Shown here: positions 25,751 to 40,516 of the stretch, one piece after another
Layout: every line of letters starts with the position of its first letter
Position numbering within the stretch: position 1 is the first letter of the stretch
Assembly (NCBI RefSeq): GCF_006345805.1
Contig: NC_042999.1
Span: 85,994,001-86,058,000 of the forward strand
Direction: 5' to 3'
Source of the DNA: Octopus sinensis
Lineage: Eukaryota
Length of the DNA: 64,000 nucleotides
Notes under the pieces: model-generated
The model's input: the letters and a program-made list of their open reading frames with translations, nothing else
Databases searched by the model: none
Told to the model about the DNA's origin: nothing
Made by a program: the position numbers and the translations under genes

Positions 25751-26159
25751 TCTTACTCTTTTACTGGTTTCAGTCATTTGACTGTGGCCATGCTGGAGCA
25801 CCGTCTTTAGTCGAGCAAATCGACCCCAGGACTTATTCTTTGTAAGCCTAGTACTTATTCTATCGGTCTCTTTTGCCGAACCGCTAAGTTACGGGGATGT
25901 AAACACACCAGCATCGGTTGTCAAGCGATGTTGGGGGGGACAAACACAGACACACAAACTTATACACACACATACATATATATATATACATATATACGAC
26001 GAGCTTCTTTCAGTTTCCGTCTACCAAATCCACTCACAAGGCTTTGGTCGGCCCAAGGCTATAGTAGAAGACACTTGCCCAAGGTGCCACGCAGTGGGAC
26101 TGAACCCGGAACCATGTGGTTGGTGAGCAAGCTACTTACCACACAGCCACTCCTACACC
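25751..26159 (-). mobile_element. CORE-like SINE family B, full length
   Basis: Complete head, CORE-like block, internal microsatellite and tail. Confidence 0.9.
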
Positions 26160-26269
26160 TACACCTACTGTACTCTGTTTCTATCGAAAAAAGTCAGTAA
26201 GAATCTTTTTGCTTATTTTAACCGACTTTGCAGAGTCAGTTTTAAAACATCATTGTGATTAATTTAAAT

Positions 26270-26605
26270 CAGTAGTTTTCAACCGAGGTCGATATGACTC
26301 CTTGGGTTCCATGTGAGATTTTGGTGGGTCCACACAAGTAAAATAGTAAATTGGGTCCACAATGATATTTTATGAGTCCATGAAAAAATTTTGCTTTAGA
26401 TGCTTTTGCTTTTGAAAAAAAAACAGCTAGGTTTCTTTCTTTGGTGTTTTACCTAGTTCAATCTACACAAGTGAATGAGTGATAAACAAAATAAGAATTT
26501 TTAAAGAAGTATCCATGAAATCCGTTTTTAAACATCGAATGGTGGTCCACCAGCTTAGAACAGTAACCAAAGGGTCCATAGATAAAAAATAGTTGAAAAC
26601 CCCTA
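26270..26605. mobile_element. hAT-type MITE
   Basis: TIRs cagtagttttcaacc / agttgaaaaccccta, 8-bp TSD atttaaat / atttagat, repeated subterminal gggtcca. Confidence 0.75.
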
Positions 26606-27237
26606 ATTTAGATAATTTAATCAACCTGGTGAGCTTGTTTCAAGAGTTATGATCCCAGTTGTTAGGGAAAACAACAAACGTAGAAGTGATGCAATATTGA
26701 CCCACGCCCAACAAGCAAAACTCAGTCTGGATGCTTGATCTGCTAGAAATAGCAATAAAATCTTCTTCAAACCACAATATACCTTCTTAGAAACGAAAGC
26801 GACATTGGATAATGTAATTTTAGATAGACTATGTCTGAAAAAAAAAAGAAAAAAAGAAAAGAAACACTTCAGGATTGTCTCGACTGGAACGGCTTTGATT
26901 AGGGTTGGCCTAGGGTAAAAGACAAAGAAAATGCACCAGCAGCAGATCTCGTATGGCTGGTGAAGGATACGGGCACTATCTTTTAAAACCAAACCAACAA
27001 AAAAAGCAACAGAAGACAAATATGTGATAAAGCTACTCTTTCGTCCACTGCAGATATTCCACGGACGGCTGGAATAATCGGAAATCGTGGAATTTGCAAG
27101 AAGTAGTCTCCTGAATACTGAGTCTTTTCAGATTTATAGTCAACCCGAATATCTTAAATGCTTTTGAACACAGTTCGACAAAGTAATAGCGCTGAAAGAC
27201 AACTGTTAGACACCTCTCTGCGCACACAGACACACAG

Positions 27238-27271
<34 letters not shown>

Positions 27272-27431
27272 AGATAATCTCTTTCCATCTCTTCTCACAT
27301 ACACATAAACACCAACTTATATCGATCATTGTAAAAATGAAATATTTTCTAGCTGAAAATGAATATATAGGCGCAGGTGTAGCTGTGTGGCATGAGGCTT
27401 GCTTCCCAACAACATGAGGCTTGCTTCCCAT

Positions 27432-27464
<33 letters not shown>

Positions 27465-30400
27465 CACACACACACACACGCACACACACACATGTTACAG
27501 GATTTCTGAATATAGAAAGGAGAGGAAACAGACAATAAAAGAAACAAAAACATTTATTGTTTATATGTATTAGGAAATATTTTCTTACATTTTATAATTT
27601 TCAGATGAATTATTATTAGAGTGGTAAACATCACATATTTTCTGCTTCAGTACAATTAATCGCTGTGTGATACTGTAGGGGTGTACGATTTTAAACACAT
27701 ATCAGCGAAATGCATATGTGTAGGATATAACCCCGAAGAAGATCAGAGAAAATATTGTTCTCGTTTGTAGTATGTTATAAATAAAATATAGTTATGTGCG
27801 GGCTATCTTAATGAAATGAGGCCCAGACAATTTTTTAATCATTTGGAATTACACCCGTACTGAGAAGAAAAGTCATTTATGGAAATGAAAATTCTTGTCA
27901 AGGAAGGCAAGGACTACAGTATTAACATCAATTTAATTATTTTCACAGTGTGCTGCTTAAAATTAATTAGTGCTTTGGAATCTAAATGAAAATTAGCGGT
28001 AATGACAATTCCTGTCAAGGAAGAAATGCAGTGGATTGTAACTGTGATCTTTGGTAGCTTCGGTGATAACTTTAGACAAGTTTCGGTCTTATTACACCTC
28101 CTCAGCAAAGTATGGTTTAACACCCACTTACTAGATTTAAGAACGCCTGAGATGATATAATTTTGTATGGAAATTATTCACTAATTAGGAAATTTAGAAT
28201 AATGGCACTAGAAAATATTTCTAGATTGCCTCATGCGTGAAGAACAGATAGTTAAGTGTAGGCTAGCACATTTAATGTAATGAGTCAAAAATAATTTATA
28301 ATGAATTGAAACTATATTCATAATGACAATAAAAGTTAAGTGTTGATAACAATTTTAAAGACAAGATAAAGTTTGATTAACTACTCACTACTCAATGTAT
28401 ATATGTGTGAGTGTGTGTGTGTGTGTATGTATGAATATATGTATATGTGTGTGTGTGTGTATATGTATGTGTATATCAACTTGTAAAGAAACTCGTTATT
28501 ATTCACATTTCAATTTGCAGGTTAAATAGAAACTTAGATTTTATAAAAAAAAAATGCTCATGGTTTTAAATATATTTAGATTGGTGACCTGCATACATTT
28601 CTGAGTCGCGTTCACCAATTTGTAATGCAATAAGAAAGATAACTTTAGATTTTATGTGCTTTAAAATCTAATCTAATTACTTTTGGACTCGTACGCATAC
28701 AAACAAGGACATACTCTATTCACAAATACAGAGAAAAATTGACAAATACAAAACACATTCTTATTCACATATAACGAGTTTAAATGGTGTAGAATAATCT
28801 AACATGAAAAGAGGGAGCGATTAATATTGTATATGTTACTACTATACTGAGCAGAGTATGTATTTATTAGAGCACAAAACTTTTTAATATCTTTATTCCA
28901 GTTTCCACGAAGACAATATTCAAATAACTCGTCATCTTAGGAATTCTCATATATTGTACTGGAACATTTAAAACAAGTGGATCTCCTCAGATACAACAGA
29001 ATATAATGGAAAATTTACCATCAAAGACAACCTACAGTTACTCTTCCTTTCTAATAACATTTCCTTGGCAAAAATATTTTCTTTTATATTTTTTCTGGTA
29101 GTTCTTGTTGATTATTAATACTAATTAGGTATTGATCCTGAAAATTATGTATAATGTGGATGGTTTTACAGGTCAGATAAAGCATGTATGAAATTTGAGT
29201 ATCGGTAGCGAAAGGTACAATGAAATTTTTAGATTAAATTAACAATGTTAACCTTGAAAATGTTTTATTTCAGGCATTTACTTATTTGTTAACTTATTAC
29301 TTTATGTACATGTATGATATTTTATATATTTATTATTTTATTATTTTGCTTATCAATTCTAATTTATTATATCGGTTATAAAAGAATTTCCCGCAAATTT
29401 GATTTTTAAAAACTTTTATTCTATTTTTCACTCAAACGTTCCAGTTTTACTTACTTGCACATAAAACAATCTAGCGTGTCATTCTTATTGCTCAGCAGGT
29501 GTTCCATCACGTAAAACTAATTTTTCAAATTTCTATTTTCTATACTCAAAATATCTGAAGCGGTGAAAATTTTTTATGTATCAAATTTCCATTGACCATG
29601 CGATCAGTCTAACTCCACTATATAAACATTTTTGTTCATTTTTCAGTTTAAAAAAACAAAACAAATAGAAGCGGAAATACCACTTATATGAATTTAATTC
29701 AGCATTAATGAGAACAAATTCAGATTTTTCTACAACGGAAAATAAAAATTCTTTTCATAATTATAAAACAGTTGTGTATAGTTATGTAAGTTATTTCAGT
29801 ATCTTACAGGTACTAATTTTATGAAAACTGGCGAGATGAAAGAGGAGGTCAACCTCGGCAAGATGTGAATTCTGAAACACATTAGACCGAACTAAATACT
29901 GCAAAACATTTTAGACCGGCATCCCAATGTCTTCAATGAAAAAGTAATAAAATAGCTAAGAAGAGCTAAAATTTGTAAAAGAGAAATAAAAAAATCTCAA
30001 TTTATTATTTGCAATGTCCCAAATATATTTCGGTTCATCCGTTAACGAAACGTCTGCATTTGACAATAATTCTAAGAAATGCAATTAGACTTTTCTTAAG
30101 AAAGAAACAAATATATAAAAAAAACAAAGAAAAATAAATTAAGCATTTCATAATTATTGAAAGAAATTAAGCATTTTATAATCATTGAAAGTTTAATGAA
30201 GTCATCTCCAGTATAACCAGACATGTCTCTTTAGTCTTTGTTATTCGCTAACTTAGAATTGGTAATAAACGAACATATATATTTGTTATTTGATTATTCA
30301 GCAAATTATAAATTAGCAATTAACAAGGGTTTCATTTTCATTTTGATACCACGTATATGCTAAAGTTGCAACATTTAACAATAAGGGAAATGAAAATGAT

Positions 30401-30635
30401 GTTCTCTATATAATCCTTGATTGTGTCAAGATATAAAGAAATCAATTACTTTGAGATTTAGCCCTAATAAAAATATATATACATTAGAATTTGGATAGGA
30501 AATATATGATACATTATAATAGTAAAATTAACGAAATATAAAACGTTATTTTTAGTGATATCCACTTGAAGTTATGAGTTTGTTTTATTTATGTCAAACA
30601 TTAAAATTTTTTGTTCAAACCTCAAGAGTTTTTAA

Positions 30636-30662
30636 TATGCATGTATATATGAATTATTATGC

Positions 30663-30730
<68 letters not shown>

Positions 30731-30875
30731 GTATATATATATGTGTGTGTGTATGTGTGTATCTATATATATGTATATATATATATATGCATATATATAT
30801 GCATGTATATATATGTATATATATATATATATGCTTGTGTATATATATATGTATATATATATATATATGTATATA

Positions 30876-30923
<48 letters not shown>

Positions 30924-30927
30924 CACA

Positions 30928-30969
<42 letters not shown>

Positions 30970-30982
30970 CACACACACACAC
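30636..30982. repeat. Compound (TA)n/(TG)n/(CA)n microsatellite (one of many in the window)
   Basis: Direct reading; source of several spurious YI-repeat ORFs. Confidence 0.95.
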
Positions 30983-31907
30983 TTATGCTACAAGGAATTT
31001 GTTGATGATTCTCACCATTACATCAATGGAGCGAATTACTAACTGATTCGTAATAAATATAAACTTTACACCATGTACTGAGTACTTTTTCTTTTGTTTG
31101 TAAGCACACACACACATATATATTATATGTATATATATTATATGCGTATATATATAATATATATATTATATGTATATATATATTATATGTATATATATAT
31201 TATATGTATCTATATGTATGTATGTATATAGAATGTGTGTGTATGTATGTGTCTGTGCGTGTATATTATTAAATATTCATAAATGCTTATATTTCTTTTT
31301 ACACTTTTAAAGAGAATTATTTTTCTCCATATTCTTTCTTTCACCACTATCTCTCTTTTCTTTTATTATTTATATCATGTTTTATATATTTATATTTTTG
31401 ATTTTCTATATGAGTTCACATATTTATAATTGCTATTATTTTTGTCAAAATTTAGTTCTTTTTTTTTTTTTTAAATTATAACAATCATATTTCATTGATT
31501 TTTTTGCTTCACTAAAATAATGGTATTTAAAAAGAAAGATATTAAAAATGAATATAATTAGTGCAGATGAATTCAATGAAGCAAAATAATCCATTGTTAT
31601 GTTTCATAATTTCAACGTGCCATCCATTCTTCCATAGAATTATCATTGTTCTGTTTATGTGAGTATCCCATGATACAAACGACAATGATGTCTCTGTATA
31701 TAATATAAATGAACATTCAATTCCATATTGCATTTTAGTTTTTTGTCCTCTCCAGATTTATCTTCGCTCCTCTTGTACGAACTTTATTTATATTTATGAT
31801 ATTAATCAATTGGCGTACATAATTTTTTGTATAAACTGATTCCACCAATTTTTATTATCACTTGTAACATGAAATGCTAAATTTCTTATTATTATTGTCT
31901 GTTGAAT

Positions 31908-32369
31908 TCATTTGCATACATGAACATCAACGTAATATTCACAAGTATCGCATATCACCTCGCAACACCATTCAAATTTGCAGTGACAACGTTCCGTTAC
32001 TTTCTTACGGAATGAATTGTAACCTCTCCCACAGCACATTAATGCGCAGCCACCAAGGCCTTTTGATGTCCAGTCACATTCCCTTCCGACTGTTCCAAGA
32101 ACGCCTGCTGCAGGGTTTGTCGTACAGTAATCAGGTGAGTCGTCCAAGTAGATAATATCCTCTTTTGTAGGTTTGTTGAACTTATGATTACGTCGAACCA
32201 GCCGAGTGCCTCGGCTGTTAAAATGAACTTTAGTGGCTCCATTGTATTTCTCTTTAAGTCGGTTTCCTACCGAGCGGAAATCTGGTAATGACTGCCAGCA
32301 AGTCTTCAGACTACAAGAACCAGACACACCGTGACATTTGCAGCTAACAGTAGCATGTTTGAAGATCGC
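31908..32369 (-). CDS. Wnt5: Final coding exon of a Wnt ligand, Wnt5 subfamily (153 aa + TGA; partial gene)
   Basis: Translates AIFKHATVSCKCHGVSGSCSLKTCW...SPDYC...CALMCCGRGY...ERCHCKFEWCCEVICDTC...HVCK*. It has the Wnt CKCHGxSGSC signature and C-terminal cysteine pattern. SCSLKTCW, LKEKY, NSRG and ERCHCKF match Wnt5. A T-rich tract plus acceptor (tttatttgcag|GCG) puts the exon start at 32369, phase 0; stop TGA at 31910-31908. The ORF-track extension to 32411 is intronic. Confidence 0.93.
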   Translation of the reverse strand, partial: AIFKHATVSCKCHGVSGSCSLKTCWQSLPDFRSVGNRLKEKYNGATKVHFNSRGTRLVRRNHKFNKPTKEDIIYLDDSPDYCTTNPAAGVLGTVGRECDWTSKGLGGCALMCCGRGYNSFRKKVTERCHCKFEWCCEVICDTCEYYVDVHVCK

Positions 32370-32400
32370 CTGCAAATAAATAAATAAATAAATAGATAAA
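32370..32400 (-). promoter_or_regulatory. 3' splice acceptor of the last Wnt5 intron
   Basis: Minus strand reads (TTTA)n-TTTGCAG directly before the exon; Wnt homology starts at this AG. Confidence 0.85.
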
Positions 32401-32619
32401 TATATAAACAAAGCAGAATTAAAACGTGTATAAGAAATAGCAACTGCAATATATCAGGATTTTTGGGGCACCCAAAATATTTGAAATTCATTCTAAAAAC
32501 ATGCATACATGTGCGTGTGTGTGCGAAAAGGGTTGCTGTCTGACTCCACTAAAAAGTATTGCACGAGCCTTCAATTTAATGTTGAATTATATATATATAT
32601 AACTTCCCATAAAACAAGC

Positions 32620-32677
<58 letters not shown>

Positions 32678-32697
32678 GAAAAACAAAATGAATGGAA

Positions 32698-32875
32698 AAT
32701 TATACGTTCTTTAATTCGCTTAGAATTTCGGATAGAATGGCATTTCATAATTCTGCTATGTAGAAATCATACATATTAATCGATTTCATATATATATATA
32801 TGATTTCTGCATGACAGAATTTTGAAATGCCATTCCATCTGAAAAACGCGTAAGAGAAATAAAGAGTGCATAATT
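32698..32875. repeat. Imperfect ~75-bp inverted repeat around a short (TA)n
   Basis: gatagaatggcatttcataattctgctatgtagaaatcata / tatgatttctgcatgacagaattttgaaatgccattccatc. Confidence 0.75.
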
Positions 32876-34335
32876 CTTTATTCTTTGTGGTTTTCTCCCA
32901 TACTCTTTGACCTCATGCTAAATTTATTTGGTATTTGAATTTCGGGTTTTAAAAATTGAACAGGTAGCTGAAGGTAATTTTACAGTCGACGTGGACCAAT
33001 GGCTTTCGCTGGACAATTTAGTGAAGTTTGATCCCTATGGAATGCTTTAAAATATTTGCCTGGATTTTAAATCCTTTTTCTCCTTTGTTATACACACACA
33101 CGCACGCATGCACGCACGCACGCACACGCACGCACGCACACACACGCACGCACACGCACGCACGCACGCACGCACACGTACGCGCGCACACACACACACA
33201 CATGCACAAAAGCCAAGGGATTAAAATATATCACTCATATATATATATGGAAAAATCAGATTGACAGATTGAAACCTTTCCAGACAACAATATCGGTAGA
33301 TATAATGTCAGTAATGAAAACAGTATTCAACAATTTATCAATTTTACAATGTCTCCACATTTTCGTTGGCGAACATAGTAGACTCGGCATTTGCAAGATG
33401 TCTCGTTCCTGGATGGAATATGAATGACCAGTTCTTGAAGATTTATATTTTTTAGTCCAGAAGAAAAAAAAAAAAAAAATAGAGCGACATAATACACTAT
33501 TTTCAAGAGTTTAAAATCTGGGAAATGAATTTGAGTCGGTAAGTTATGAAGTTCATATTGTATTTGAGTTAAAGGGTGGTAAAACTAAGAAAGGATTTGA
33601 AAGAAAATGTACAGGGAAGTGAAGATAAGAAGAAGCTAGTTCATTGATTTGGTGCATCAAGTTTAAAATAACAGAGGTCATTTAGTGAAGACGGACTAAT
33701 GATAATAACTCAGGCAGAGACAATTTCTTTAGCGTTATATAAACTTCCCTCAAAATCTCTCACATAACTACAATGTGACAAATGAGCAAAATGTCTGATT
33801 TAATCCTTTTATGAATGCATTAGATTCACACCGAAGGTAAAAGTGTAAATGCCAAGACGATAAAAGTAAATAACTGTGTTGCAATTCCTAGATGCTTAAA
33901 CAAGGGCTGTTTTAAGGTTTTGTTTGTAATGACAGGTCAAAGTGTGAAGAATTCAGGTACTGAGTGAATTTCAAACACACTTAATTCACGTTTCCTCAAT
34001 CTGTCTAGCAGTAAATAGATAATTCTAAGAATAATATTTTACCGCTATACCATTTCGAGTCTGTTGAACAGACGAATATCACGTTAACTTGCGTTATTGA
34101 GATAAATTTTTCTCTTAGTTTGAAGAAAGCAACAGAGGATCATTCCAGTATATCCTTCTATAAATCATCATATGGTAATAATTCTTCAGCAATACCAGTG
34201 CGACCGCATAATATTTGAATTAATGAAAGCAAATATTAGAGGTTAAACAGTTGTCGTATTGCAATAAATGTTAAACAAAGAAATATGTCCATTTTCTTCA
34301 TAGTAATTTTCCAGTTAATATTTCTATAAGAAACA

Positions 34336-34511
34336 AGGCGGTGAGCTGGCAGAATCGTTAGCACGCTGGGCAAAATGCCTAGCAGCATTTCGTTCGTCTT
34401 CACGTTCTGAGTTTAAATTCGGCTAGGTCGACTTTGCCTTTCATTCTTCGAGGTCGATAAAATAACTACCAGTTGAACCCCCTTCCCCGAAATTTCTGGC
34501 CTTGTGCCAAA
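34336..34511 (+). mobile_element. SINE family A copy
   Basis: aggcggtgagctggcagaatcgttagcacg...gtcgactttgcctttcattcttcgaggtcgataaaa. Confidence 0.8.
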
Positions 34512-36330
34512 AGTCTAGCTGGTCATCATTAGGATTTTGTGAGCCAGAGATATTGGAATAATGTCATAAAAAAATATAGAAGTGCTAAAGTGGTAATGAC
34601 TACAGTAGCAAATAAATTTCATTGAATTTTGATTTGGGATAAATTTTGTTTATTAGAATAGAAACTGGGGCTTGAGAGCACTTCTTTATATAAAAGTTAA
34701 GATGTATATTTCTCAAGAAACACAAATGAATTTTCCTGGAAAAGGATGAACTGATATCGGTATTTTAGTGGTACATACTGGTGGGATTTAAACTTAAAAC
34801 AACAAGTCGATCTTTCATTTTAGTAAATTTGACTACCCTACAGTTCTTAATTATTGAAAACTTATTTGAAAATAACTATAATAATACATGAATATATTAT
34901 TGCTGTTTTGTGCATTAAAATTATATGGCAAATGTAGCACTTCAGCAAATATTGTAAAAACAATAATAAACATAATGCCTTAGAAAATTCATTCCAATAA
35001 ATAAAATAGCATATTTTATTTAGTTGTCTTTGACTAATTCCAAACATTAACTATTTTTTTCGCTGAACTTAGCGCAAAACAAATATCATCTGTTTTTGTT
35101 TCTGGTTCAAACATCTGAGATGGTTATTAAAAGAAAAATAAGCTCGTATTGAATAGTAAAAGCATTGAATAGTTGGAGAATGAAGTATTCCTCATTAAAA
35201 AAAGATCAAACATCAACGGAAGGATGAAACATGAAAAATATACGTGAATCAAGTGAAGTAGAGTTTGTTGATCGTTTTCTTTTGTTTTTGTTTTTCTTTT
35301 TCTAGTACGAATAATTTTGTGCAGCTCAGTAAAATATTCTTTGAAAGAAATTGTTTAGACGTTACAAAGAATCAATATATCGTCTTTGAAACAGAATAGC
35401 TAATATTTTGGAAAGAATTTCCGCACCAGAAAGAGAAATAATGAAGAAAAACATATCCATGTAACTCATACTCACGTATTCATGCAGACACCCAACCACA
35501 CACGTACACACATACCGCCGAGAGATAAACATAATTGTAGATAAGCATAATTGAAAGATAAACATAATTGTCATCAGTCAAAACACCGAAGATGAATAAA
35601 TATTTATATGCTACCTAGTACTTTAATTACAACTCATCAAATTCTTTCATATTACAAGAAGAAGATGAAAGGAAAGTGAAGGAACTATCGACTACAGAAT
35701 ATACCTGTGAGTTATGTTTCAGGAATCCTCTGACCTTTTCATGGTTAATGCAAATTAACGTTCTTTTTATAATTAATGTTCTTTTTATAAAATAACTAGC
35801 AAGTATACATCATGCTTTTGCTCTAAAAACATTAGTGATCTTCAGATCAAATATTCAATTTATTATTCGAAGCATAAATATTATTGTTTGTGGTTCAACA
35901 AGCGTGAGGGGAACTAATACTGTCCTGTATCTAATACTGTCCTATATCGTGACAGTTCGCTGGCTAGACCTAATACTTATTAAGGCCCCATATTGATTCT
36001 ACTGCACGGTCTTTCTTCATAACCTCGAGTCGATTCAAACATTGTGAATGAAATAAGACACACAAAATCTTTTACAAGATTCGACGGATAGATCGTACTG
36101 GTAATTCAAAGTAGCAGCTTTGTCACAAGCTGTGTCATGCTGATTCTGATTTTGGATTGCACTAACGGTTAAGTGGCTGGAAAATACTCAAGCACTTGTA
36201 CTGTAATACACTGGAGAGATAGCTCTCTTGATTAAAAAAAAACTGAGATGGTCCTTGTCAAAACGTCATAAAAGATCAATTTATTTTCCCAAGGACATTT
36301 CACGATTTATAAATTCAGAGATTAATGAAT

Positions 36331-36589
36331 CTTTTACTTGTTTTATCTTTCTTTTTCTTGTTTCAGTCATTGGACTGCGACCATGCTGAGGCACCGACTT
36401 GAAGGGTTTAATCGGACAAATCGATTCCAGTACTTGTAATTTTTAAAAACCTGGTACTTATTCTACCGCTCTCTTTTGCTGCATCGCTAAGTTTCGGGGA
36501 TATAAACAAACTAACACCAGTTGTCAAGTGGTGTGTAAGCGTAAAGATGTGTGGGGACAAGCATAAGTACAAGGTATACACCCATAGAT

Positions 36590-36628
<39 letters not shown>

Positions 36629-36785
36629 AATATATACATACACTCACACGACAGGTTTCTTTCAGTTTCCGTTTACAAGGTTTTAGTTGGCCGGGAGCTA
36701 TAGTAGAAGACACGTGCGCAATGTGCCACGCAGTGAAATAGAACCCAGAACCACGTGGTTGGGAAGTAAACTTGCCAATACAAAT
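36331..36785 (-). mobile_element. CORE-like SINE family B, diverged
   Basis: Colinear with 25751-26159. Confidence 0.75.
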
Positions 36786-37078
36786 GCTGCAGTTTTTGTG
36801 TGGATTTCTATATGTATAGATTTCAGAGTCATGAAGTCTGCAACTTAGAGTTTTACTGTCAAATTTATAGATTAATTTGTTCATTAGTTGCTTGTTCTCG
36901 GGTTTACATGTTTGTGGTGTGTTATTGATTATGAGGTTGTGGGTTTTGATGTTTTTGTAGTATATTATTAGTTTAAATCTATGATCGAGTGTGATTTACA
37001 AGGAACTATTGCAAAACAGTAAACCACACTAAACAAAACAGAATTAGATAGCTACGTGTGTGTGTGTGTGTGTGTGTG

Positions 37079-37125
<47 letters not shown>

Positions 37126-37176
37126 CATGTATATACATATGTATATATATATATATATCTGTGTATATAATATATT

Positions 37177-37208
<32 letters not shown>

Positions 37209-37219
37209 CGTATATGTGC

Positions 37220-37282
<63 letters not shown>

Positions 37283-38207
37283 TGTATATGTATATATATA
37301 TGTGTGTGTGTGTGTATGTATTTATACTTGTGTTTGTCTTAATTCCCCCCTATGTATATATTTATGTATGTATATGTAACTATACACGAGTCTGTGTGAA
37401 TGTATGTATGTAATATATTTAATTAACGGGAATGAAATATTCGTCATTTTGCTGCCACATATCAAAAGACAAGGAGACGATTAAGTGATAAACTTGTGTA
37501 ATAATGTTTTATCTACAACAAAAAAGTTTGTATAATTAACGTCTTTCTTGAAAAGTTTCTATAACGTATTCTCTAAATAAATACCAAATTGTTTCATTTA
37601 TTAAATTAATTATTTAAAAATCGTTGAGACGTGAAACTAATATTCATATTCTATGTAAGTTTAGCTTAAAATATAATTTATATCCTATTCTACATCTTTG
37701 TTCTGAATTCTTTCTATTTTTTCACTTTTGGATAATTTACACGTTTGCATATCCCCTTTCTATGTTGCTCTTTAAAGCTATGATTCAACATCTATTGGAT
37801 TTTTTTTGGCAAAGTATATAACCATTCTTTCAGAAAATATATAAAAGAGGTTACTTAAAATATCCAAAGCATTTATGTAGAGAATGCGTTGTAAAGCGTC
37901 CTTCATCCGAGAAAAATGACCCTAATCTGCTTACACATAAGAAGTTCGGGTTTAAAACTCTGAAATGTCCACCGCAATATAAGTTGATGGAATCTTTTGA
38001 ATTGGAGCTGCGCAACCTAAACAGAAGAGTAAAAATACGACCAACAAATTTCAATAGAATTTAAACAATTGAAAGACGCTTCACAATTCGAGGGACATTT
38101 TTCTCCACTCGGACAAAATTAAAAGCTTCTATGAAATATTCTTAATACTACTAACACTTATAAAAAATTCTTACTACAACATTACATACACATGTATATA
38201 TATCTAC

Positions 38208-38335
<128 letters not shown>

Positions 38336-38341
38336 AATCTA

Positions 38342-38406
<65 letters not shown>

Positions 38407-40463
38407 GGGTGTATGTATATATGCTTGTATACATATATAGATACATATAGTTATGAATATGAATAAATATATGTATGAATGCATATATGTGTGCATGTGA
38501 TTGTATGAACTGTGGTGACGAGTTGGTGGGGTGGTTAGAATGTTAAATGAATGGCTTGTGATATTTCTACGGGTTCCCTGCGCTCTGAGTTCAAATTCCA
38601 TCCCAATAGTATCTGTAATTTGGAAAACAAAATGGAAATATAGTTTCTTTGATTTGAACAGAAGGTCGACTGTCACTACCACTCGACCAAACTACAGCTC
38701 CTTAGAATGTTCTGTTGAGAAACTCTTGGAAATTGTTGTGGATTTGAACGTACGACCCTCAGATAGCTCAATACTTTTCCCACTTCTAGTTTCCACACTG
38801 AAATTCTGTGTAAATGCCTTTTATCAGCATTAGATTGAATATGATCTTAACGCAGTAGTTGTCATGCTGTAGAAAACTATTTACTATTCCTCTGTTTCTA
38901 TCTACCGTTCCTCTATATCTAGAACTTAATGGCTCATTCTAAGACAGTAGGTTATAATGTGAAAGAATTGGGCTGCTATTTCTAGGAAGTCACACGACCG
39001 AGTCGAGGTTCCCCCTTTGGAATTGTAACAGATCTTTAAAAGGCCCATGCAATTAAGAATAAGTTACAATGAAGTAGTTTCCCGCTGCGCTATCCAGGTA
39101 TACGCAATAATTTTTACTGTGAGGAAGTAAGCGTTGTAACGTTCATGATATTCAGATAAGATGAACATCAACTGCATCGACCTCACTTGTCTGAGTGGGC
39201 TTGTAAAGGTTATAGATGATGTCCCACCTCCTCAGACTAAATAAAAAGGGGTGGGGGAGAAAAGAAACCAGAACTGAATTTCAGACTCGCTGGGATCTTA
39301 CCTCTGACACTCACACCTTCAGATAATTCTAGTAGGTTATTTGAAGCTTAGTAAACTGAAGCAAGTCGAGTTAAGTGATTTAACTCGGTGACACCTTACC
39401 CACACGATCATTACAAAGCAGTAATTAGAATAATGACAAACATGACATTTGGGTATGAAAGGTATTTAGAATGAGAGATGTCAAACAAATTTATTAAGAA
39501 ATCTGATAAGGATACGGTAAGTCTAAGTGATTTCGTAGAAGTAAAGCGCTGTATACAATGATAGTTTGCTAACTTATTTTTTGCTTTGAGAAATTTTTTT
39601 ATTGTTTGAGTGTTTCCATTGAATAAATAATATGAGAACAGAAATGTGAAATCTGTGTAGTCATATATTTGCACTGTTCACTTTGTTTAAAATGTAAACT
39701 TATCTATCGTTGAATCCAAGGTAAACCAACAATAAATTTAATTTTATGATTCGTCTGAATCATAAAGTAAACTATAATTAAATTCTTCTAAAATGTTCTG
39801 AACGAACCGAATGTAAGTCACCGCTGTTGGTATTATAACAAGCGTTCGCGATCTAATCGAATCGGAGTCAAATAATAACACACAAGCGATATGTGAATCG
39901 TGAATGTGCTACGATTCATACAATACAAACGATCTCAAAATTCAGCGAATTAAGATATAATAAGAAGGATGAAGGTTATGCACAAGTTTTGCAGTGGTCA
40001 CCAAGATAACGAGGAGACATAGAATCGATATCCACAGAGTAAATTAATAAGTTAAACGTTACATCATGCTGAGGATTTCTAAAAAGAATAAAATATTTCC
40101 ACTAACTAGAAATTTAAAAATACTTCGTTATAAGTAACATCTTTTTCCTAATTTCAAATTCTTAATCCCGCCAAATATTAGGAAGAAATGATGATCTGTA
40201 TTAACTGCAACAATTAAGGAAGGGCATGTGTCAGACATTTTTATTCTCTCTCGTATACGTAAACTTAATATTTGCACAATATGCGTTCTTTAAATTATAT
40301 CGAATTAAGATTTATATTACCCCACCTCAGATCTGTATTAAAAAAAAAAAAAGAAAATCGTATCTTACTTGACAACCAGCTGTCCTAAACTGATCATTAC
40401 TGTGATTAAAGTTTGTTATAATGTGTTTACTAATATAAATACCTATAATTTAATCTCTCTTTC

Positions 40464-40516
<53 letters not shown>

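Noticed and set aside
32370-32411. N-terminal extension MFIYLSIYLFIYLQ of the Wnt ORF
   Set aside because: This is the intronic T-rich tract upstream of the AG acceptor.
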